Shown: positions 30,361 to 39,457 of the stretch, piece by piece
Numbering within the stretch: position 1 is the first letter of the stretch
Layout of the letters: every line of letters begins with the position of its first letter
NCBI GenBank assembly: GCA_965648905.1
Contig: CBFGIT010000015.1
Location: forward strand, 1 to 64,000
Reading direction: 5' to 3'
DNA length: 64,000 nucleotides
Origin: a candidate division WOR-3 bacterium
GTDB taxonomy: Bacteria > Hydrothermota > Tepidihabitantia > Tepidihabitantales > Tepidihabitantaceae
Translations under genes and position numbers: made by a program
Notes under the pieces: generated by a model
Databases searched by the model: none
Seen by the model: only the letters and a program-made list of their open reading frames with translations
What the model was told of the DNA's origin: nothing

Positions 30361-32694
30361 TTGGACAAGCACAGCCTGGAAGTGCTCGACTTTCCGCGCA
30401 TCCGAGAGATGCTCGCGGATATGTGTTCGACGCCGCTGGGCCGGGAACGGGCCCTGACGCTTGAACCCGGCCTGGCCGAGTCGCGCGTGGTCGAGGAACT
30501 GGACCGAGTCGAGGCGCTGCTTGCCCTGGCCGACGAGCCGCCGCTGTTTGAAGTCAGAGACCTGCGGCCATTGCTGGTCCACCTGCGGGCTCAGGGCACA
30601 CTGAGCGGGCCGGAATTGCTTCAGGTGCGGCAGGCCTGCACCGGCATCAGACACTGCCGCGACTTCTTCCTTCGGCGTCAGGAGCAGGTGGCCCGCGTGA
30701 CACCGATCATCGCCGACCTCGTGGCCCTGCCGGAAGTCGAGCGTGAGGTCGAACGCGCGATTGACGAAGCTGGCGGCGTCAAGGACTCGGCGACGCCTGA
30801 GCTGGAGACGATCCGAACTCGACTCCGTCTGCTGCGCAATCGATTGGTCGAGAGACTCGAGCGGCTGGCCGCAGAGCAGGCCGACTGGTTTGGCGGCGGG
30901 GTCACGGTGCGTGGCGACCGCTTCGTGCTGCCGCTCCTGCTCGAACACCGCGGGGACGTGCCCGGTGTGGTGCACGGCAGCTCTGGGTCAGGACAGACTC
31001 TGTTCGTTGAGCCGCTTGAGACCGTGGCTGACGGCAATGAACTGGCTGAGCTGCGTGATGCCGAGACCGAGGAGGTCGGGCGGATTCTGCGCCGTCTCTC
31101 ACTGCTTGTTGCCGAGCACGAGCCGAAGCTGACCCGGGCCATGACTGCAGTCGCGGAGATGGACTCGCTTGTCGCCCGCTGCCGGTTCGCGCGGCGCTAT
31201 GAATGCACGCGCCCCACGGTCAGCGATGACGGCAGAGTCGAGTTGTTCCGCGCCCGGCACCCGCTCCTGCTCAGGCGCAAGACCGCGGTCGTACCGCTGA
31301 CGTTCATCTTTCCTGAGGGCGACTCGGTCGTCCTCATCTCCGGGCCGAACGCCGGCGGCAAGACGGTTGTTCTCAAGACGGTCGGATTACTGAGTTTGAT
31401 GCTCTCCAGCGGTATGTATCTGCCGGCCGATGCCGGCACGCGTCTGCCGGTGTTCGCCAAGGTCTTTGCCGACATCGGTGATGAGCAGTCGCTCGACTCA
31501 GACCTGTCTTCGTTCACCGCTCACCTAGGCCGGCTGACCGAGATACTGAGTCGTGCGGATCGGACGAGTCTCGTGCTCGTTGATGAAATCGGCGCTTCCA
31601 CCGCGCCGGAAGAGGGCGCGGCACTGGCCGTCGCGGTACTCGAAGAGCTGCGCGACCGGGGCGTCAAAGCCCTGGTGACGACTCATTTCGGCACGCTGAA
31701 GATGTTTGCCCGTGATGAGCCGGGCATGGCCAACGCAGCAATGGAATGGGGTACGATACCGGGTCAGAGCCGTCGCGGGCCCACGTTTCGGCTGGTCGTG
31801 GGTCTACCCGGCGAGTCGAGTGCGTTTGAGATTGCCGAGGAGGCCGGACTGCCGCCGACAGTAGTCAACCGCGCCCGGCAGCGGATGGGGCGGGAATGGC
31901 TGGACTGGAATGCCAGGCTTCGCGCCCTTGACGAGGAACTGGAGCAGGCCCGCGGGCTCCGGCAGGAGGCCGAGCGGATGCGAAATCAGGCCGAGGTTGC
32001 CCGGCAGGAACACGAACGCGCCCTTGAGGAACTGCGCCGGCACCAGGTTAACGAGTTGGAGAAACTCCGCCGGGAACGGGAGCGATTCCTGCTGGACAAG
32101 CGCCGTGAAATCGAGAACCTCGTAAGGCAAATCAAGGAAAGAAAGGCCGACCATGAAAGCGTGGTTCAGGCCAAGAGCGTGGTCGAGCATGAGCTTGCCT
32201 GCCTGCCGGCCGAGCCGGTCGTTGAGACCGTTCCGACACCGAACCTGAGTGAGTTCAGGGCGGGCGACATTGTTGAATCCCGCACGTTCCGCCGGCAAGG
32301 CAGTGTGGTTGAAGTGACCGGTTCGAGCGTCACGGTCGCCTTTGGCCAGATTAAGATGACGCTCGACGCACGTGACCTAAGGCTGGTGCCGACGGCAGGG
32401 GCAGTGCCGACGCCCGAGGCGGTCATCTGCGAGCCTTACCGTTTTGATCCGAATCTGAATGTGCGGGGCATGACGACCGATGAAGCAGAACAGGCGTTGA
32501 GCAGATTCCTTGATGAGGCAGCAGCCAGCGGCGCCAGCGAGCTTTGTGTGCTGCATGGCAAGGGAACCGGGGCCCTGCGTCGCTCTCTGTGGGCAAGGCT
32601 TCGGCACGACCCGCGTGTCGCCGGGATGAAGCTGGCAGAAGCGGCCCAGGGGGGCAGCGGCGTGACCCTCGTGACCCTGAAAGCGGAAAGATGA
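30361..32694 (+). CDS. mutS2: endonuclease MutS2
   Basis: ISGPNAGGKT, DIGDEQS, LSSFTAH, LVDEIG, TTH; C-terminal Smr domain LHGKGTGAL. Confidence 0.95.
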   Translation: MDKHSLEVLDFPRIREMLADMCSTPLGRERALTLEPGLAESRVVEELDRVEALLALADEPPLFEVRDLRPLLVHLRAQGTLSGPELLQVRQACTGIRHCRDFFLRRQEQVARVTPIIADLVALPEVEREVERAIDEAGGVKDSATPELETIRTRLRLLRNRLVERLERLAAEQADWFGGGVTVRGDRFVLPLLLEHRGDVPGVVHGSSGSGQTLFVEPLETVADGNELAELRDAETEEVGRILRRLSLLVAEHEPKLTRAMTAVAEMDSLVARCRFARRYECTRPTVSDDGRVELFRARHPLLLRRKTAVVPLTFIFPEGDSVVLISGPNAGGKTVVLKTVGLLSLMLSSGMYLPADAGTRLPVFAKVFADIGDEQSLDSDLSSFTAHLGRLTEILSRADRTSLVLVDEIGASTAPEEGAALAVAVLEELRDRGVKALVTTHFGTLKMFARDEPGMANAAMEWGTIPGQSRRGPTFRLVVGLPGESSAFEIAEEAGLPPTVVNRARQRMGREWLDWNARLRALDEELEQARGLRQEAERMRNQAEVARQEHERALEELRRHQVNELEKLRRERERFLLDKRREIENLVRQIKERKADHESVVQAKSVVEHELACLPAEPVVETVPTPNLSEFRAGDIVESRTFRRQGSVVEVTGSSVTVAFGQIKMTLDARDLRLVPTAGAVPTPEAVICEPYRFDPNLNVRGMTTDEAEQALSRFLDEAAASGASELCVLHGKGTGALRRSLWARLRHDPRVAGMKLAEAAQGGSGVTLVTLKAER

Positions 32695-34364
32695 TAAGAC
32701 CCGAGACAGTTGAGCAGGTGCGCGTTTCGACCGACATCGTCGAACTGGTCGGCGGGTATCTGCCGCTGAAACGGGTCGGTCGCAACTACCGCGGACTGTG
32801 TCCATTTCATTCTGAGCGCTCACCGTCGTTCTACGTCAATCCGGAGCGGCAGACCTATCATTGCTTTGGGTGCGGTGTTGGCGGCGGTTCCATCAACTTC
32901 GTAATGGCCATGGAAAAACTGGAGTTCCCGGAAGCGGTCCGGTTCCTTGCCGGGCGTCTGGGTATCAAGGTCGAAGAGGACCGGACACCGGGTCGCAATC
33001 AGGCGCTCTACGATGCCTGCGAACAGGCCACGGCCTTCTTCGAACAGCAGCTTGTTCGATCCTCCGTGGCGCAGTCATATCTTGAGCTTCGGGGCCTCGG
33101 TCGGGAGACTGTGCGTCGCTTTCGGCTGGGTTATGCGCCGCCCGGCAATGTGCTGCGGGGCCAAGCGAGGAAACGCGGACTGGCTGAAGATACGCTGGTT
33201 TCGGCCGGCCTGCTGGTGAGGCGTGACAACGGTCTGACCGACTATTTCTATGACCGGGTGGTCTTCCCGGTATTCTCGCTCTCGGGCAAGGTCATCGGGT
33301 TCGGAGCCAGGGTGATGGGTGATTCCGAGCCGAAGTACCTGAACTCGCCGGACACGGCCATCTTCCAGAAGGGCAGCATCCTCTACGGTGCGTTCCAGAC
33401 CAAGGCGTATCTGAGGGAGTCGACGCCGATTCTGGTTGAGGGCAACTTCGACCTTCTGTCGCTTGTGAACGCCGGGGTCAACCATGTCGTCGCTGGGCTC
33501 GGGACTGCCCTCACTCCGACTCAAGCGCAGCTATTGCGAAGATACAACGGCCGGGTTATCATTTGCTATGATGGCGACAGAGCTGGTCGACAAGCCAGTC
33601 GACGGGCAATCGAGGTTCTGCTCGCGGCCGGAGTGGACCCGCAGATTGCGCTGCTGCCGGTCGACACAGACCCTGATGACTATGTCCGGAAGCATGGTCG
33701 AGACGAGTTGCTCGCCCTGCTGGGACACGCCCCTGACTTCGTTGATTTCGTGCTTGGGGACCACCGACTCGATTCGGTTGCTGACCAGCGTGCCGCGGTG
33801 GCCGAGCTTGCCGGTATACTCAGGCTTGTTGGTGACAACGTGACTTATGAACTCTATGCCAATCGGATTGCGGACCGGTTTCGCCTCGACCGGCGCAGCC
33901 TGCTCCAAGGTGGCGGCAAAGCGTCATCCTACCCGCCAGTCCGGCCGGTCCAGAGTGAGGAACGCCTGGTGGCGATGGTCATACAGCATCGTGAGCTGGC
34001 CCGTCTGGCGCGAGACATGAGTCTGTCTGAAGCATTGGACGACCCGATTCTGCAATCGGTGTGCCGGCTGGCTGAGGAGCACGTCGATGACGCCGGATAT
34101 GGCCCGGGAATGTTGATCGACCTGATTGAGGAAGAGGCAACGCGCCGTCGAGTCGCAAGCTGGACGTTCCTGGAGGATGGACAGCCGAAGGAAGGCGACC
34201 TCCGTCAGGTTTCTGCAAGAATGAGAACCGTGAAGGCTGGATGGCTGCGTCGGCTCGCAGACGCGGCCTACGAAAAAGGTGATACCGATCGAGCTGACAT
34301 GCTGAATGCAGAGCGCAGTCATCTGCTGGGTTCTGCGGCGGCCGAAAGGAACATTCGCTCATGA
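32691..34364 (+). CDS. dnaG: DNA primase
   Basis: [16 protein letters not shown] zinc domain, [21 protein letters not shown]. Confidence 0.97.
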   Translation: MIRPETVEQVRVSTDIVELVGGYLPLKRVGRNYRGLCPFHSERSPSFYVNPERQTYHCFGCGVGGGSINFVMAMEKLEFPEAVRFLAGRLGIKVEEDRTPGRNQALYDACEQATAFFEQQLVRSSVAQSYLELRGLGRETVRRFRLGYAPPGNVLRGQARKRGLAEDTLVSAGLLVRRDNGLTDYFYDRVVFPVFSLSGKVIGFGARVMGDSEPKYLNSPDTAIFQKGSILYGAFQTKAYLRESTPILVEGNFDLLSLVNAGVNHVVAGLGTALTPTQAQLLRRYNGRVIICYDGDRAGRQASRRAIEVLLAAGVDPQIALLPVDTDPDDYVRKHGRDELLALLGHAPDFVDFVLGDHRLDSVADQRAAVAELAGILRLVGDNVTYELYANRIADRFRLDRRSLLQGGGKASSYPPVRPVQSEERLVAMVIQHRELARLARDMSLSEALDDPILQSVCRLAEEHVDDAGYGPGMLIDLIEEEATRRRVASWTFLEDGQPKEGDLRQVSARMRTVKAGWLRRLADAAYEKGDTDRADMLNAERSHLLGSAAAERNIRS

Positions 34365-36109
34365 AAGAAGCCAAGCAGCGGTCCGGGACATCGAAGAGGC
34401 AGAAAGCACCTGTTCCGGTCCAGCCCGTGACCCCGTCCGTCGATAAGGAGGAACTGGACGAACTGGCGGAAACGCTTGTCAAGCCGGTGCGCCGCGGCCG
34501 CGGCCGGCCGCGGAAGACCGAGCGTGCCCCGTGGCTGGCAACGGTCTACCGCCGGGCGTCGCCGGACAAGACCATTACTTATGATGAACTGGAGGACCTG
34601 GTCCCAGACGACATCCTGATGTCGACCGAACGGCTGGACGAGGTTATCTCCGGACTGGCCCGCAGTGGCATTAGAATGACCGAAGTGCGGGAGGAAGAGG
34701 TCGAGAGCGCGGTCATGCGCAAGGGACCGAAACCGGTCGTCCAGCGTACCGAAGACCCGACCAAGTCGTACTTCCGCGAGTTGTCGAAGCTCCCGCTCCT
34801 GACCCGCGAGGAAGAAGTCCACTATTCCAAGGAGATGGAGGAGGGGTATCGGAGTATCATCAAGTACCTGTTTGACCCGGTGCCGATGATGCGTCGGCTG
34901 GTCGAGGAGTGCATGGCGATCGAGGAAGGTACGAAGTCGCTCGACCAGATTGCGCGTGTCGAGTTTGAGTGCCTGTTCGACAAGAAGGCGCTCTGGCGCG
35001 ACCGGCAGAAGTTCGTGCGGTCGCTGCGTGAAATCCGACGCGAGGCAGACCGGATCGAGCTGCTCAAGCAGCGCAAGAGCAGTGCGTCGGTTCAACGGCG
35101 GATTGACGAAGCCAAGCAGCGGGTGTTCAGTCGGATTCAGTCGCTTTCGCTCCAGCATCATCTGATCAACAACCTCATCTCTGAGTTCAAGGAGAAGGGA
35201 ACTGAAGCGGTGCGGCTGTCCGAGCAACTGGCGGAGGTCAAGCTTGAGGGACGGGACGATACTGAAGAGGCGACCGAACAGCGTCGTCGGCTGCGTGAGT
35301 GCCACCAGTTCCTCGGCCGCAATACCGCCGACATCAAGAAGGTACTGTTCGAGATGGCCCGCTGTGAGAACCGGATTATTGCTGCCCGGGACAAGATGAT
35401 TGAGGGCAACGTGCGGCTCGTCATCTCAATTGCCAAGCGCTACGCGAACCGGGGCCTGGACTTCGCCGACCTATTGGAGGAGGGCAACGTCGGGCTGATC
35501 AAGGCCGTGGAGAAGTTCAACTACCGTAAGGGATTCAAGTTCTCGACCTACGCGACCTGGTGGATAAAGCAGGCAATAACCCGGGCGATCGCCGACCAGT
35601 CGCGGACTGTCCGCGTGCCGGCACACATCATTGATGCGATCAATCGTGTGGCCAAGCTGCAACGTAAGTTCATGCAGCAGTACGGTCGGGAAGCAACGAT
35701 TGCCGAGCTCGCACAGCGACTTTCGACGCCCAAGGAGAAGATCGAGGCGTTGACGAGGATATCGCAGTTCGGGGTATCACTCGACAAGCCAGTGGATGAT
35801 GACGAGACGAGTTTCATCGGCGATTTCATCTACGACGAGAAGACCGCGTCGCCTTCTCATGCGGCTGGAGTATCGCTGCTGGCGGAGAAACTCGAAGAAG
35901 CGCTTTCCGTGTTGACCAAACGTGAGGAGAAGGTCCTGCGGCTGCGCTTCGGGCTCGGCGACGGCTGCCCCCGGACACTGGAGGAGGTCGGTCAGATATT
36001 CAATATCACGCGCGAACGTGTTCGTCAGATTGAGGCCAAGGCGCTGAAGAAACTGCGTCATCCGGTGCGGCTGCGCCGGTTCGAGCCGCTGCGCGACCTG
36101 TTGCAGTGA
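34361..36109 (+). CDS. rpoD: RNA polymerase primary sigma factor
   Basis: [58 protein letters not shown]. Confidence 0.96.
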   Translation: MKEAKQRSGTSKRQKAPVPVQPVTPSVDKEELDELAETLVKPVRRGRGRPRKTERAPWLATVYRRASPDKTITYDELEDLVPDDILMSTERLDEVISGLARSGIRMTEVREEEVESAVMRKGPKPVVQRTEDPTKSYFRELSKLPLLTREEEVHYSKEMEEGYRSIIKYLFDPVPMMRRLVEECMAIEEGTKSLDQIARVEFECLFDKKALWRDRQKFVRSLREIRREADRIELLKQRKSSASVQRRIDEAKQRVFSRIQSLSLQHHLINNLISEFKEKGTEAVRLSEQLAEVKLEGRDDTEEATEQRRRLRECHQFLGRNTADIKKVLFEMARCENRIIAARDKMIEGNVRLVISIAKRYANRGLDFADLLEEGNVGLIKAVEKFNYRKGFKFSTYATWWIKQAITRAIADQSRTVRVPAHIIDAINRVAKLQRKFMQQYGREATIAELAQRLSTPKEKIEALTRISQFGVSLDKPVDDDETSFIGDFIYDEKTASPSHAAGVSLLAEKLEEALSVLTKREEKVLRLRFGLGDGCPRTLEEVGQIFNITRERVRQIEAKALKKLRHPVRLRRFEPLRDLLQ

Positions 36110-36579
36110 GTCGGGTAGGAATCATCGCGGATACGCACGATAACCTCGCGAAGGTACGGAGGGCGGTCGAGTGTCTGAACCGGCATAGAGTCGAGCAAGT
36201 CGTTCACTGCGGTGACGTTGTGGCTCAGTTCGTACTGGTTGAGCTTGGCCGACTGCAGGCACCCTTGCTGGGCGTTTTCGGAAACTGCGACGGCGACCGA
36301 AGCGCGTTGCTCGCGCGGGCGCGCCAGTTCAACTTCCGATGGAGTGACGGCCCCTGCTTCTTTTCGGTCGGGGACCGGCGACTGGCGGTGACGCACCAGC
36401 CGGTCACGCCCCCTCAGGACTGCGACTTCTACCTGCACGGTCACACCCATCAGAAGCTGCACCAGCCGGGTCGGCCTACGATCGTCAATCCGGGCGAAGC
36501 ATGCGGCTGGCTGACCGGCCGCGCGACCATGGCCATCCTCGATACTGAGACCGGCTCAGTGGACTTCGTTGACCTTTAG
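36106..36579 (+). CDS. YfcE-like metallophosphoesterase
   Basis: ADTHDN, HCGD, GNCD, HGHTH, NPGE. Confidence 0.9.
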   Translation: MSRVGIIADTHDNLAKVRRAVECLNRHRVEQVVHCGDVVAQFVLVELGRLQAPLLGVFGNCDGDRSALLARARQFNFRWSDGPCFFSVGDRRLAVTHQPVTPPQDCDFYLHGHTHQKLHQPGRPTIVNPGEACGWLTGRATMAILDTETGSVDFVDL

Positions 36580-36588
36580 GATGTATCT

Positions 36589-37311
36589 GTGACCCAAGTC
36601 CGGCAGTCAGCGACCCAGCCGGTCGGGCCTGGCCTCTATGTCGTATCAACTCCAATCGGCAATCTCGGTGACATGACTCAACGGGCAATCTCCACCCTCG
36701 CAGGCGTCGATGTCGTTGCCTGTGAGGACACACGCCGTACCGGTCTCCTGCTCAGTCACCACGGAGTGAGTAATCGGCTCCTCTCGTACCATGAGTACAA
36801 CAAGCTACGCCGGACTCCCGAATTGCTCGAGTTTCTGAGACAGGGAAAGAGCGTCGCCCTGGTCAGTGACGCCGGTACGCCCGGTATCTCTGACCCGGGG
36901 TTTCATCTCATTCGGGCCGCGGCTGATGCTGGTTACCGGGTAATCCCGGTTCCCGGTGCATCGGCCCTGCTTGCGGCTTTGGTCGTATCCGGCCTCCCGT
37001 CGGACCGGTTCGTATTTGAGGGATTCCTGCCAAAGCGCGACGGCCGGCGGCGGCGGCGCATCGCGGCGCTCGCCCACGAGTCCCGGACGATGGTCTTCTG
37101 CGAGGCTGCTCGCCGGGTAGGATACGTATTAGCTGAGATGCTGGAGATGTGGGGCGACCGCCGAGCCGTGCTCTGCCGGGAATTGACCAAGAAGTTCGAG
37201 GAAATACTCCGCGGCAGGCTCAGCGAAATCATCGAGGCGGTTAGAGACCGCAGCCTCAAAGGCGAGACTGTGTTGGTTGTTGCCGGTCATGGGCGAGACG
37301 CTGAAGACTAG
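36589..37311 (+). CDS. rsmI: 16S rRNA Cm1402 2'-O-methyltransferase
   Basis: LYVVSTPIGNLGD, ACEDTR, SDAGTPGISDPG, RELTKKFEE. Confidence 0.96.
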   Translation: MTQVRQSATQPVGPGLYVVSTPIGNLGDMTQRAISTLAGVDVVACEDTRRTGLLLSHHGVSNRLLSYHEYNKLRRTPELLEFLRQGKSVALVSDAGTPGISDPGFHLIRAAADAGYRVIPVPGASALLAALVVSGLPSDRFVFEGFLPKRDGRRRRRIAALAHESRTMVFCEAARRVGYVLAEMLEMWGDRRAVLCRELTKKFEEILRGRLSEIIEAVRDRSLKGETVLVVAGHGRDAED

Positions 37312-37876
37312 GGGCAGACAGCTACTGCGGCCGGTCGTCCGGCTTCTGATCCGGACGCGGATTCCGCCTGCGGTCGTGACCGTGGCGGCTCTGCCCTTGA
37401 GCGCTGTTGCCGCGTGGTTGTTTGCCGTTGGAAGGTTTCGTGCGGCTGGTCTGTTCCTGATTCTGGTCGGGCTGTGTGATTCGCTGGACGGCGAAGTCTC
37501 ACGGCAGTCGGGCCAGGCCAGCAGCAACGGAGCCTTCCTTGATTCCACTGTAGACCGCCTCAGCGAGGCATTTGTCCTTGTTGGTCTCTACTGGTACTAT
37601 CAGTTCTGGAACCCCTGGCACGCTTTGCTCGCAGTGCTGGCCCTTGTTTTCTCTTTGCTTGTTTCGTACGTGCGGGCAAGAGCCGAGGGGCTGGCAAGAG
37701 AATGCAAGGTCGGCGTGTTCGAACGGCCGGTGCGCGTGGTTATCCTGATCGTCGGCGCAATCCTGCTGGGCCGTACGTACATGCCGGTGGCGACCGGACT
37801 TGTGGCCCTCGGCAGTCTGGTTACGGTGATTCATCGATTCGTCCATGTTCTGCAGCAGAAGGAGCCGGACGGCTGA
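37289..37876 (+). CDS. CDP-alcohol phosphatidyltransferase family protein
   Basis: DSLDGEVSR..GAFLDSTVDR signature, SYVRARAE. Confidence 0.9.
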   Translation: MGETLKTRGRQLLRPVVRLLIRTRIPPAVVTVAALPLSAVAAWLFAVGRFRAAGLFLILVGLCDSLDGEVSRQSGQASSNGAFLDSTVDRLSEAFVLVGLYWYYQFWNPWHALLAVLALVFSLLVSYVRARAEGLARECKVGVFERPVRVVILIVGAILLGRTYMPVATGLVALGSLVTVIHRFVHVLQQKEPDG

Positions 37877-39144
37877 GCGGGCGCATTCTGCTTGTCGGGG
37901 TTGCCCGATCGGGACAGTCACGCTGGGCCAGAGCCGACGCGCTGCAGGAACTGGCCGAACTGACCAAGACCGCGGGCGGCGAGGTGGTCGAACGCCTGAT
38001 ACAGGTGCGTCCTAGTCCTGACCCGGCAACGTTTGTCGGCCGAGGAATGGTCGAGCGTCTGACGCATCTCTGCCGCCAACACCGCGTCGACCTGCTGATA
38101 TTCGATGATGAACTGAGTCCGACCCAGCAACGCAATCTCGAACAGGCGCTGCGCGTCCGCGTGATTGACCGCGCCGCACTGATTCTCGACATATTCGCCC
38201 TTCACGCACGCACCGCTGAAGCCAAGATACAGGTTGAGCTCGCACAACTTGAGTATCGTCGTCCCAGGCTTGGAGGGCTGGGTATTGAGATGTCGCGGCT
38301 TGGCGGTGGCATCGGCACGCGCGGACCAGGGGAAACCCAGCTCGAAGTTGACCGGCGTCGAATCGACCAGCGAATCGGAATACTGCGCCGAGCCCTGGCG
38401 CGTATTGAACGAGAACGCATCACGCAGCGCGGCCGTCGTGCGGGTGTGTTCGGAGTTGCTCTGACCGGTTACACCAACGCCGGCAAGTCCACACTGCTTA
38501 ACCGCCTGGCCGGTGCGAGCGTCAGGGTATCGGACCAGATGTTCGCCACGCTTGATGCCAACACCAAAGCGGTTCAACTTGCGCGCAACGTGGAGGTCCT
38601 GGTCACGGACACGGTCGGGTTCATCCGAGACCTGCCGCCCCAGTTAGTGGCCAGCTTTCGTTCGACGCTGTCCGGCATCCGGGAGGCCGACCTCGTGCTT
38701 CATGTTGTTGATGCTGGCGACGAGCAGGTTGACCGCAGAGTGGATGTGGTCAACGATACGCTTGCCGAGGTGGGTGCTCAGGACAAAGCGGTCATGATGG
38801 TATTCTCCAAAGTCGACCGGGTCTGCGACCACACGGTACTCAGGCGTCTACGGCGTGACTTCGCTGGCGCGCTGTTTGTCTCAGGCCTGACCGGTTTCGG
38901 GATTGACCGGCTGAAAGCAGCCCTGCTGCGTCAAGTCGAGCAGGGGATGGTAACACGCGTTTTCACAATCCCCAATGCTTGCCCTAGGCTGCTGAGTCTT
39001 GTTCGGGACGCGGGCCGCGTCTTGAGTGAACAGCAGCTCGTCGGTCGAACGCGCTTGCGTGTGATCGGTTCGATACCGGCCCTCGCTCGTGTGCGTAAGG
39101 CGCTGGATTCGGTCACGCGTGAGCGAGTACCGACTGAGCGCTGA
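37873..39144 (+). CDS. hflX: GTPase HflX (probable CTG start)
   Basis: ELAELTKTAG, GGGIGTRGPGETQLE, GYTNAGKST, FATLD, DTVGFI. Confidence 0.95.
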   Translation: MSGRILLVGVARSGQSRWARADALQELAELTKTAGGEVVERLIQVRPSPDPATFVGRGMVERLTHLCRQHRVDLLIFDDELSPTQQRNLEQALRVRVIDRAALILDIFALHARTAEAKIQVELAQLEYRRPRLGGLGIEMSRLGGGIGTRGPGETQLEVDRRRIDQRIGILRRALARIERERITQRGRRAGVFGVALTGYTNAGKSTLLNRLAGASVRVSDQMFATLDANTKAVQLARNVEVLVTDTVGFIRDLPPQLVASFRSTLSGIREADLVLHVVDAGDEQVDRRVDVVNDTLAEVGAQDKAVMMVFSKVDRVCDHTVLRRLRRDFAGALFVSGLTGFGIDRLKAALLRQVEQGMVTRVFTIPNACPRLLSLVRDAGRVLSEQQLVGRTRLRVIGSIPALARVRKALDSVTRERVPTER

Positions 39145-39170
39145 GCCCCGCCGCGTTGCGGCGGGGCTCA
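39142..39170. terminator. hairpin between convergent hflX and tRNA
   Basis: TGAGCCCCGCCGC-GTT-GCGGCGGGGCTCA, 13-bp perfect stem. Confidence 0.7.
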
Positions 39171-39174
39171 AGAG

Positions 39175-39248
39175 TCGGGGCGACCCGATTTGAACGGGCG
39201 ACCCCCAGCACCCCAAGCTGGTGCGCTAGCCAACTGCGCCACGCCCCG
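39175..39248 (-). tRNA. tRNA-Pro(GGG)
   Basis: CGGGGCG acceptor stem, TGGCGCAGTTGG D-arm, CCAGC-TTGGGGT-GCTGG anticodon arm, GTTCAAATC T-loop; CCA not encoded. Confidence 0.97.
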
Positions 39249-39457
39249 AACAGAGAGAACCGAATCGGCAAAGACCGCCAGTTAGCCTCCTCACAGATGG
39301 TAGCCGAACCAGAACAGCGAGTCAAGCTGCCCGTGGCCGCGCCAGCACCGGATCGAGTTCAGGAACGGAGTCGGGCGCGGCCGAGCAGGCCGAGCCCCTG
39401 AGCGATTTCGGCCGAGACTGCTTTGATCGGTTGGGTAAGTTAGTGGCTGGCAATGAT

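Noticed and set aside
39175..39248. tRNA-Pro as an integration site
   Set aside because: No duplicated tRNA 3' end noticed and no integrase in the window.
39300..39457. Possible short phased tract upstream of tRNA-Pro
   Set aside because: The CG phase drifts and the region is too short to support a call.
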